55,202 nucleotides of DNA from a virus (lineage: Duplodnaviria; Caudoviricetes), in the IMG/VR virus record IMGVR_UViG_3300041809_002179, positions 1 to 55,202 of that record; one strand, written 5' to 3'. Both the position numbers and the translations under genes were made by a program. Shown here piece by piece: positions 35,328 through 43,302 of the stretch. Every line of letters starts with the position of its first letter. The first letter of the stretch is position 1. The notes beneath the pieces are model-generated. The model searched no databases. It had not been told where the DNA came from and was given only the letters and a program-made list of their open reading frames with translations.

Positions 35328-35404
35328 GGCTCTGTAGACTGGAGACGGTTCCAGCGTGGCCTCATAAGCCAATCACGTCGGTTCGATTCCGACTAGAGCC
35401 ACCA
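35328..35404 (+). tRNA. Elongator tRNA(CAT): Met or Ile2
   Basis: ggctctg/tagagcc acceptor, loop CT-CAT-AA, atypical D-arm, ACCA end. Confidence 0.8.
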
Positions 35405-35552
35405 AATTTAACTTTCAAGAACTATTTCAGCGCTGTGGCAAGGGAACCGGCTCCTTCTTTGGTCCGGCCAGCGCATAACACATAAGGAGGATATCAGATG
35501 GCTATGCACACGTCCCATACCGCGTAATGTGTGGGCGGAAAGGCTTAGTCAT

Positions 35553-35852
35553 ATGGATCATCCGAAGGATCGCCGGGAACGGCGGGCCGTGCGGGATGTT
35601 GTAATCGCTCGTAGAAAGTTTATCGTCACCCAAATTTGGGGACAAGACTCATATAGTAAGAGCAGCGACTTTCAACGTAAGTGGATCGCTGAAATGGAGT
35701 GGGGTAAGTACGCCAAGTTCAATTTGAACTGTGGTTGTATGATGTGCCACTCTCCGAAGTATCTCAGTGCCAAGCGCAAGCGCCGGTTGGCCCTAAAATT
35801 TTCTGAGTCACAGGCAGAATTTCGCCATAATGACAACGCAATTAAGTATTGA
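35553..35852 (+). CDS. Basic hypothetical protein
   Basis: Arg/Lys-rich with CGCMMC. Confidence 0.55.
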   Translation: MDHPKDRRERRAVRDVVIARRKFIVTQIWGQDSYSKSSDFQRKWIAEMEWGKYAKFNLNCGCMMCHSPKYLSAKRKRRLALKFSESQAEFRHNDNAIKY

Positions 35853-35858
35853 AGATTG

Positions 35859-36122
35859 ATGGCAAAGACCAAGAGATCGGAACTTAGAGAAAAATTGCTG
35901 GCCTTGGTGACGGAGATGGGTGTATTGCCTCCTGCCGAAGCCAAGCGGCTCGCGAGTAGACTTTGTGACATGGCATATGGTTGGATGAGGACTCCTGAAT
36001 CTGAAGGAGATGCTTTTCTGACAGCTTTCAAAGCCAAGTTGCTTGAAGAGTTTTCGCCGAAGGTGAAGAAGAGAAAGGAAAATAGTCGGGGTGGTGGGCT
36101 TAAAAGCAGCCATCCTCAATGA
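35859..36122 (+). CDS. Hypothetical protein
   Basis: AGTATT motif 14 nt upstream; 3' end overlaps the structured RNA. Confidence 0.5.
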   Translation: MAKTKRSELREKLLALVTEMGVLPPAEAKRLASRLCDMAYGWMRTPESEGDAFLTAFKAKLLEEFSPKVKKRKENSRGGGLKSSHPQ

Positions 36123-36282
36123 GTGTCTCGCTGAATCCTCGAATACGAGGTCGTGGCTGCCGAAGAAGGGCCGAACGTACTCACGCGGAAGGCAAGAGGA
36201 TTGCAGTTCAGCTACCGAGTAAGAAGCGGCTGACCGACATTGAGTTGTGGCCAGGACTTTAGCGTAACAGCACGCCTCGACT
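36084..36282 (+). ncRNA. RNA resembling 23S rRNA helices 43-44 (uL11-binding site) with internal insert
   Basis: GGTGGGCTTAAAAGCAGCCATCC ... AGCGTAACAGCAC closed by agtcggggtg/cgcctcgact. Confidence 0.7.
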
Positions 36283-36372
36283 TTACGACTTTATGATTTC
36301 AAGTGGCTGCTCCGCACTAAACGACGGAGCGAGGAACTAAGTATCATTGAGGGATACCAGCCACAGTTTTGA

Positions 36373-36449
36373 AGCGGGGTAGAGCAGCCAGGTAGCTTGT
36401 CGGGCTCATAATCCGAAGGTCGTCAGTTCAAATCTGACCCCCGCAACCA
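36373..36449 (+). tRNA. Initiator tRNA-fMet(CAT)
   Basis: 1:72 mismatch, tcggg-CTCATAA-tccga, ACCA end. Confidence 0.9.
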
Positions 36450-36778
36450 ATTTGGAAGACCGGAGTCCGCGGACCCATCCGAGGCTATAGCGTCGTGCAT
36501 CATAGCACTAGGCCAGTTTGGCTGATGGCGATTAACTGCCCAAACACAGTATCGGATACCCGGTCACCATTTTTGTATCAGTCAGTCCGGTGGGAGTTGC
36601 ATCAACCATATGTTCGAACCGGATCCGGCAGGAGTCGAGATGGGCGCACTCGAGCTGACGTAGCTTTGGTCCGAGGCCCGTTATGGGCGAGTGGCCTTAG
36701 CGGGGAAGCTCCCTTGTCCCTTTACCCGTGGTTGGGAGTCCGCTGCAGCGGATCACGGGTCACATTTTAGGAGTGAGA

Positions 36779-36994
36779 ATGGGTAGCCCTTCAGAATATA
36801 ACAGACGGCAGTGGCTTTCCGACAATCCCCATCATTATGTAGCGTCTCGGGGAGAAGAACCTCTCCCTTTCTTAAAGTGCTCGTCATCGGTCTGTCCCAG
36901 ACCAGCGAGCATTACTCGGAACAAACTTGTGTTCTGTCAACCCTGCTTTGACCAGGACGAGAGACTAAAGAACGACTATCGACCCGGACTATGA
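36779..36994 (+). CDS. Small Cys-containing protein
   Basis: SD aggag; CSSSVC...CQPC. Confidence 0.45.
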   Translation: MGSPSEYNRRQWLSDNPHHYVASRGEEPLPFLKCSSSVCPRPASITRNKLVFCQPCFDQDERLKNDYRPGL

Positions 36995-37275
36995 ACCTCT
37001 TCCAGCTAGGCCAATTCAAACTTCATTCAGGCCAAGTCTCAGATTTCAAGATCCAATGTGAAGCGTTGACGGACGCTGACCTAGACTGCATAGCGTTTCT
37101 GTTGTCCCGTAGGGTGCCTCCGTTTGGTTCGGTTGAAGGTGTTCCGACGGGCGGTAATGCTCTCGCCTTGAAGATGGAACGTTATATTGTGAAAGGAAAT
37201 CATCGTCTGTTGGTTGTAGACGATGTGTTTACTACCGGAAGATCGCTGAGCAACCCTACAATCCTGAAACTCTGA
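36991..37275 (+). pseudogene. Truncated orotate phosphoribosyltransferase-like gene
   Basis: GQFKLHSG, EGVPTGG, LLVVDDVFTTGRS, then stops right after the PRPP motif. Confidence 0.6.
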
Positions 37276-37664
37276 AGAGGATCGTAAATCTTAATGCGAA
37301 CTTCCCCAAGGCACTATTCGCTGTGGACATCAAGGGGGTCACGCCGGAGGATTACGAAAAGAATACCCGGAAACCTTTCAAGGCTGAGCTGTTTTGGTCC
37401 AATCTGAATGCATTGGTGGATCACGGAATCAATTTCTACATCACCTACACAAATCCGGACGAAAGGTTCCGGCCCGCGTTCGAGTACAAACTCAAATATC
37501 ACTTCGGAAGCGATGTTCTCAACGACAGCTTTGTGATTCCTTTGATTGACTATGACGCTACGCCGTTCGTGGACATTCGACCGCTGCATGGCAACTCGTG
37601 TTGCTCAATGTCCGTGGATGATTGGAACCCTCAAACTTCGGGTGGAAACTCTCCCAAGTTGTAA
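37245..37664 (+). pseudogene. C-terminal fragment of a possible radical-SAM-like gene
   Basis: Frame is open upstream of the GTG at 37323; AVDIKGVTPEDYEKNT..LFWSNL resembles a radical-SAM barrel end; no CxxxCxxC present. Confidence 0.3.
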
Positions 37665-37915
37665 TCCAGAAGCTTCAAGAAAACGTGCCATCCGCAGCCG
37701 CCGCCTGCATAGTTGATATCCGGATGTGGGTTGACGTCGTGGAAGAAACTCGCGGTTATGGTTCCGTCAGCATGAACGTGGCGCAGACTGATGTGGGAAA
37801 TGTGACCGCACTGGCACTTGATAATTGGTCTGCACATCTTCCCCTCCCACTCGTGGGGGATCCAGCACGGGGAGGGGCTATCGTAATCCCCCTTTGGGAT
37901 CTCCGTTAGTTCCAT
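37631..37915 (-). CDS. Small Cys/His-rich protein
   Basis: CQCGH...DGTITASF...GCGWH. Confidence 0.6.
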   Translation of the reverse strand: MELTEIPKGDYDSPSPCWIPHEWEGKMCRPIIKCQCGHISHISLRHVHADGTITASFFHDVNPHPDINYAGGGCGWHVFLKLLDYNLGEFPPEV

Positions 37916-37944
37916 AAAAGAAAAAGGGCCGGTCGACCGGCCCT
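37916..37944 (-). terminator. Intrinsic terminator
   Basis: agggccgg-tcga-ccggccct followed by ttttctttt on the minus strand. Confidence 0.85.
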
Positions 37945-37978
37945 CATCTCACTTCACTTCTTGCCGGCGCAGGCCGAC

Positions 37979-38149
37979 TTACAGCTTTGCTTTTACGTCA
38001 GCCACAAGAGTCTTCACTTCGGCAACCGCCGAAGTTTCGTACTTCTGGAGGGCTGTCTTGACGGCGGCCAACTTGGCAGCGTTCTTCACGCGGCCCGCTG
38101 CAAAGCCACCGGCGAATACAACAAGAGCAGCAACGATTGTAACAACCAT
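37979..38149 (-). CDS. 56-aa membrane-anchored Ala/Lys-rich peptide
   Basis: MVVTIVAALVVFAGGFAAGRVKNAAK...; SD aaggag, upstream AGTATT, downstream terminator. Confidence 0.7.
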   Translation of the reverse strand: MVVTIVAALVVFAGGFAAGRVKNAAKLAAVKTALQKYETSAVAEVKTLVADVKAKL

Positions 38150-38421
38150 GGTTTTACTCCTTCAGGGTGATCTACCCTCTACTTCAATACTCCGAAGTTG
38201 AAATTCTTGGGTGCTATCGGAACCAAATAAGAAGGCATTTATGTCCACGCAGGTTCATCCTCTCAAATTCGGCTGTCAATGTGCTAAATGTGCAAAGCTC
38301 TCAACACTTTCGATGTGGGACCTTCAATTCCTTTGGAGTATCGGGGTAGCCTGGAGCAAGCGAAATTTGAAACCTGAACTCCCCAAAAAAGTATCCAAAT
38401 GAAGTATTTAGCCATAGGAGA

Positions 38422-38652
38422 ATGCTTATGGTCTTGGATGCCGCGATTGAAGAACTCACCCGTAAAACACTAAATGAAATTTTTGCCCACGTTGGAGACA
38501 TTCCAAGCGATGGACGCACCGAGCTTCATGGCGTGATGGACTCATATTTCACCAAGCGCCAACAGCTAGAGATGGAAGCCGACCGGAAGGCTTCTTTCCT
38601 ATCTTCGCCAACGAATTTGAAAATTGAAGTGGGCCGCCCGGACGGATTTTGA
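38422..38652 (+). CDS. Hypothetical protein
   Basis: AGTATT motif and SD aggag upstream. Confidence 0.55.
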   Translation: MLMVLDAAIEELTRKTLNEIFAHVGDIPSDGRTELHGVMDSYFTKRQQLEMEADRKASFLSSPTNLKIEVGRPDGF

Positions 38653-38960
38653 CTCGAGTCGTACACGTCCGGCAAGCTAAGTTCATACAATTCGCGCCAG
38701 GTAACGTCTACATCGGGCGCGACTATCAAGAGTTTGAAGACGAAGGATGGGGCAACCCTTTCCACATTGGCCCTGACGGTGACCGAGCTGAGGTGCTGCG
38801 TAAGTACCGAAAGTGGATTTTGGGCAACAAGTACCTGTTGAGTCGTTTGCATCTTCTTATCGACAAGACGTTAGGGTGTTGGTGCAAACCAGAAGATTGT
38901 CACGGTGACGTTCTAGTAGAGTTAGTGGAAGGACTTCGGATAGCTTTATGTCTGGGATAG
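38649..38960 (+). CDS. DUF4326-family protein
   Basis: VYIGR, WGNPF, LGCWCKPEDCHGDVL. Confidence 0.85.
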   Translation: MTRVVHVRQAKFIQFAPGNVYIGRDYQEFEDEGWGNPFHIGPDGDRAEVLRKYRKWILGNKYLLSRLHLLIDKTLGCWCKPEDCHGDVLVELVEGLRIALCLG

Positions 38961-38985
38961 ACGACTTTATGTCTGGGATAGACGA
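38944..38985. repeat. Tandem duplication, 2 x 21 bp
   Basis: ctttatgtctgggatagacga twice. Confidence 0.95.
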
Positions 38986-39296
38986 TTTTTTACACCGGTT
39001 TCCTGATTATCCAGTCATGCAACGGCAGTTGGATTATGCTCGTTTCCTGGAGCAACAAGGATTGGTGTTCCTCGTTGAATTTGGTTTTGAAAATGCCGAG
39101 GAAATCGCTTGGGCCTTTACTGATCCGATTCCCCAATGAATACCCGCGAGATCGTTTTGGCCTATTTGGACGCGGTTATGGAGCGCACAGTTGCTGCCCA
39201 TGAGAAACTATGCGATGAAGGAAAGTGCTCTCTGGATGCTCCCTGTCCTTATTGCAAGGTCAACGAGATCCTAATGGAAGAGTTAGAGAAGCTAAA

Positions 39297-39734
39297 GTGA
39301 GCGAACGTCGCTGTCCCCAGCAGCTAACCTGGGATGACTTCCCCAAGCGAAAAGAAGCAGACGGTTGGCATTGTCGCAAATGTAGGGTACTTTTAACCGG
39401 GCGACGGACTTCTTGGTGCAGCCGGCAATGCGAGCGCGAAGTTCTCTTGCTGGTAGAATGGCCCTACATTCGCATCTGCATTCTCCGTCGGGACAAGTTC
39501 CGGTGTCAAACGCCGTTAGAGTCGGGAGGAGTTTGTGGCAAAGGTGCACATGAGGTAGACCACATTGTGGAGCTAGCCGATGGAGGTAGCTTTAGTGATT
39601 GGGCTAACCTTCGTGCAACCTGTGTAGATTGTCACAAGAAAAAGACAGCTGAAAACCGCACAGCCCGCGCGAAGAGGAAGAAAGAAATTGCCAGTAAAAC
39701 ACCAGATCCTCCAAATCCAGTATTACAAGAGTGA
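39297..39734 (+). CDS. HNH endonuclease
   Basis: RDKFRC...EVDHIVELADGG...NLRATCVDCHKKKT. Confidence 0.9.
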   Translation: MSERRCPQQLTWDDFPKRKEADGWHCRKCRVLLTGRRTSWCSRQCEREVLLLVEWPYIRICILRRDKFRCQTPLESGGVCGKGAHEVDHIVELADGGSFSDWANLRATCVDCHKKKTAENRTARAKRKKEIASKTPDPPNPVLQE

Positions 39735-39742
39735 GGTGCCTT

Positions 39743-39976
39743 ATGGCCGCAAAAACTATTAAAGTCGCTTTCACCAGTTTGAAGGTTGGAGCCTATTTCA
39801 CCATCAATGGTGAACGTTTCAAGAAGTATTCCGCTCTTACCTACGAAAGCCTGGACAATTCCATCCTTGGCGAGACTTACTCTGTACCGAACTTGGTGGT
39901 GGAAATCGTCGCGCCGGTCAATCCGGCTAAGACCGCAAAGGTCGCTCCGAAGGCCGCCAAAACCAAGAAGCGGTAG
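39743..39976 (+). CDS. Small protein with basic tail
   Basis: AGTATT motif and SD gaggtg upstream. Confidence 0.55.
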   Translation: MAAKTIKVAFTSLKVGAYFTINGERFKKYSALTYESLDNSILGETYSVPNLVVEIVAPVNPAKTAKVAPKAAKTKKR

Positions 39977-40156
39977 TCCCGTGGATGAACTCTACACTGC
40001 CGAGTTACGACACCACTTGGAAACTTGCACCAAGTGTGTCGATCCCAGCAAGGATGGCGGTGATGCTTTTTGGTGCTCTGAAGCTGAAATGTTGTTTCAG
40101 ATTTTTCGAGTCCAGGTAAAGGCTAACGAATTTCAGTTCGCTTTGGTGAATTAAAT

Positions 40157-40462
40157 TTGAATACAAATGCTATCCGTGAGGCCGCTTTACCTCACCTGAA
40201 GGATGTTGTAGGATCTCTGCTAGTTACAGAGAAGACATCTTTAAGCCGGACATTGAATGTCTTAGCAGCTTGGGCAAAGGCTCATCCTCCACTTCCGGTT
40301 GTACGGGGTGAATGCGCAGTCTTTATGGTTGGGGAAGGTCGTCGATGCGGGAAACCAGCACCATTTCCGTTTAACGACAGTTCTCGAGATGCTGATTTCA
40401 CACGATGCATTGAACATCAGGAAGAACATATGGCCTGGTGCAAGAAAATGGGGCTCGAATAA
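40157..40462 (+). CDS. Hypothetical protein
   Basis: 101-aa ORF. Confidence 0.45.
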   Translation: MNTNAIREAALPHLKDVVGSLLVTEKTSLSRTLNVLAAWAKAHPPLPVVRGECAVFMVGEGRRCGKPAPFPFNDSSRDADFTRCIEHQEEHMAWCKKMGLE

Positions 40463-40779
40463 TTATGTCAGTTTTCCAGAGGCAGAAAGTCCATCGAGGC
40501 AAGATGGCCAAATGCAAACTCTGTTTGGCCAAGATTGCTGCACAAGATCCGGCATTCGCGGCACAATTTGCAAAATCTGCACAACCACCGCGTAAGGGGA
40601 GCAGCAGAGGCTGATATGGGCTTTCACTTCTACACCAAGTGTGATTGTTTCGATAGTTGTACGGAAGATCACAAAGACATAAGGCATGAAGGAAAGTGTC
40701 TCAAGTGTCGCACGAAGGTTCTTTTTGAGACTCAATTGGACCGCATCGAACGCAAACTCAATGAGATAAGGAGCTGACC

Positions 40780-41367
40780 GTGGGAAGAGGGATTCTAAAG
40801 CGCAAGAATGCCATCAAGAAGATGTACTTGGGACAGATGGACAAAGAAGTGGAACGTTTGACAGCGGAAAACAAAGCTCTCAAGGAAGACCCCACTTCTG
40901 TCATCGGTAGGTTTATCGGCCAGTTTAACGAAGTTGTCAGCCAGAACCAGCGGCTGTCCACTTTGGCCTGTGCGATGATAGATCTTCAAGGCGGCAGCGT
41001 AAAAATTACCCGCGATCAGATTGAAGTTTTCCGAGGCAAGCGACTCAGCATAGAAATTGCTACGCCCGAAGGTGGCGTCGAGAATCTGGATACTGCGACA
41101 GAATATGTATTCACGTTTAAGGCCGTGGAAGCTACGGCTCCCACCGGGCCAGTGGCTCCTCCAGCCGAGATCCATCCTTGCACGGATCCCGAATGTACGT
41201 TGCCTAAGGACCTGAAACATACGCACAGTGCAAAGCCGGTTGCCGGCGAAGCGGTGCCAGTCCCGGACGCCCCGGACGCCGACGAACCTCAATCTGGCAA
41301 GGTGGCCATTGCTGCCTCAGAGGTAGAAAGTACGCCTGAACAGGTAGAAAGTACGCCAGCCGAATAA
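40780..41367 (+). CDS. Hypothetical protein, coiled-coil N-terminus and Pro/Glu-rich tail
   Basis: SD aaggag; ends with VESTP repeated twice. Confidence 0.7.
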   Translation: MGRGILKRKNAIKKMYLGQMDKEVERLTAENKALKEDPTSVIGRFIGQFNEVVSQNQRLSTLACAMIDLQGGSVKITRDQIEVFRGKRLSIEIATPEGGVENLDTATEYVFTFKAVEATAPTGPVAPPAEIHPCTDPECTLPKDLKHTHSAKPVAGEAVPVPDAPDADEPQSGKVAIAASEVESTPEQVESTPAE

Positions 41368-41441
41368 GTCGCCGAAGCCAATAGTCGCGAGGCTCCGGGG
41401 AGATAGCTAATTAGTGGGGAGGAGGCTTTCCTCTTACACTA

Positions 41442-42506
41442 TTGAAACTGCTTTTTCCTTTGGAGGTTAGTTTGCCCAATCCTCGCGTGCTGTTCGTTCT
41501 AAAACAACGCAATGGATACGAATCTAGTGGCTTGTCCAATTCTGTTCGTTTTGTAGTGGATATGCTATGGGCGGATGGAATTGAAGCTGGCAGCGTCGAG
41601 GTTGTAGACAACAATTCCATACATCGCGAAGTCACCCGTTACAAGCCCACCCATGTAGTGATTGAAGCTCTTTGGGTGGTGCCATCCAAGTTTGAAATTC
41701 TCCAAAATCTAAATCCGAATGTCCATTGGGTAGTTCGCACTCACAGCGAAATTCCTTTCCTAGCTGGGGAAGGCATTGCCATAGACTGGTGTTGCAAGTG
41801 CGTAGAAATGCCCAATGTTGCGGTAGCCGCTAATTCCGCCGCCGCCGTTCGAGATATGCGACGGATAGTACAAGCCGCGCATCCCGGTTGGAGTTCGGAG
41901 CAAATTGAGGCGAAGGTTTTGGATCTCCCTAATTTCTATCCATTTCACTTGCGCCTTCCCCATGGGAAGAAACCGGACAATTTTCTAGATGTAGCTTGCT
42001 TCGGTGCTATTCGACCATTGAAGAATCAATTGTTGCAAGCGGTGGCTGCCACCGAATATGCCGGGTTTGTTGGGAAGACACTACGATTCCATGTTAACGG
42101 AACTCGATGTGAACAAGGTGGCGATAATGTACAGCGCAACTTACGAGCTTTGTTCAGCAACACGGATCACCAACTAGTTGAGCACGCTTGGCTTAACCAT
42201 AAAGATTTCTTAGACACCCTTTCAGAAATGGATATGGGGATGCAAGTTTCGTTTTCCGAAACCTTTAACATAGTGGCCGCCGATATGGTCGTGTCTGGGC
42301 TGCCGATCGTTACTTCACCTGAGATCACTTGGGTGACGAAATGGTGTCAGGCGGAACCGACGAACTCTGAGGACATCGTCGCGAAGATGATGCGAGCCAA
42401 TGACTGGCGTCTAAAAATGACGCTGCGAGTATTAAACCTACGCGGTTTGAAACATTACTGCGAGCATTCGAAAATGCGTTGGCGAGAATACTTGCTTAGT
42501 CGTTAA
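41442..42506 (+). CDS. GT-B (GT4-like) glycosyltransferase
   Basis: FGAIRPLKNQ, QVSFSETFNIVAAD..SGLPIVTS. Confidence 0.8.
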   Translation: MKLLFPLEVSLPNPRVLFVLKQRNGYESSGLSNSVRFVVDMLWADGIEAGSVEVVDNNSIHREVTRYKPTHVVIEALWVVPSKFEILQNLNPNVHWVVRTHSEIPFLAGEGIAIDWCCKCVEMPNVAVAANSAAAVRDMRRIVQAAHPGWSSEQIEAKVLDLPNFYPFHLRLPHGKKPDNFLDVACFGAIRPLKNQLLQAVAATEYAGFVGKTLRFHVNGTRCEQGGDNVQRNLRALFSNTDHQLVEHAWLNHKDFLDTLSEMDMGMQVSFSETFNIVAADMVVSGLPIVTSPEITWVTKWCQAEPTNSEDIVAKMMRANDWRLKMTLRVLNLRGLKHYCEHSKMRWREYLLSR

Positions 42507-42563
42507 TCTTTCATATCCGAGCGGGACGTGTGTGTCCCGCTCATTCTTCCAGTATTGAGTTTT

Positions 42564-42683
42564 ATGGCCCGTCAAATAATCATCATTCTGCTCGCTCCTT
42601 TTGCTCTAGCTTCCTTGGTTTTCCTTTGTATCCTTATGGTTCGAGCTGTCTTGAGACAATGGCTTGTAGAGGACTCCTGGTGA
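42564..42683 (+). CDS. Small single-TM peptide
   Basis: MARQIIIILLAPFALASLVFLCILMVRAV...; AGTATT 13 nt upstream. Confidence 0.5.
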   Translation: MARQIIIILLAPFALASLVFLCILMVRAVLRQWLVEDSW

Positions 42684-43201
42684 GAAACATCGACAACGCT
42701 TACGAAGCCTGGCATTTCCTGTATGACCATCCGTCTTTCATGCTGCGTGAACGCCACGAGATCCCGCCCGAAGATTACGACATGTTGGAATCGCGAGGAT
42801 TTCTCGTAAACAAGGACCGGAGTGGCAAGTGCTGGCGCCAAATGCGGCATCTTTACCGCCATGCTGTGGCCATGAATTTGACCATTGGCTACATGAAGGT
42901 TGATGCTACCGGACATACCACAACCGCGCCGGGGGTCGCCAAGACAACCGATGTTTGGCTCGAGCTTGGCCCCGAGAGCTACGATTATGACGGTGATGGA
43001 TTTGACGAGACCACACTACAACAAACCCATGATTGGCACTTAGACTGCGGAGGGCCAACTTTTGATGAGGCTTTGGTAACTTTGGCCAACAAGGTCTTAG
43101 CAAAGTACGGGGATTACAAGGAAACCCATCCAGAGTCCCATTGTCAAACCTGTGTGGACTGCCAGCAAGCGAAGGAAATTTGTAGCCGTTTGGGAATCTA
43201 A
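42680..43201 (+). CDS. Hypothetical protein
   Basis: SD gagga, GTG coupled to previous stop. Confidence 0.6.
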   Translation: MRNIDNAYEAWHFLYDHPSFMLRERHEIPPEDYDMLESRGFLVNKDRSGKCWRQMRHLYRHAVAMNLTIGYMKVDATGHTTTAPGVAKTTDVWLELGPESYDYDGDGFDETTLQQTHDWHLDCGGPTFDEALVTLANKVLAKYGDYKETHPESHCQTCVDCQQAKEICSRLGI

Positions 43202-43302
43202 CTTCGTAGATTCGTATGAATGACTAAAAGTGAATTGATTTAAGTGGGGCACGAGACTTAACAGAAAGAAACAGGAGGCGTCATGTGTATAGATAATCAC
43301 TA

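Noticed and set aside
36084-36282. Genuine 23S rRNA gene
   Set aside because: Only two short segments match and the flanks are not rRNA
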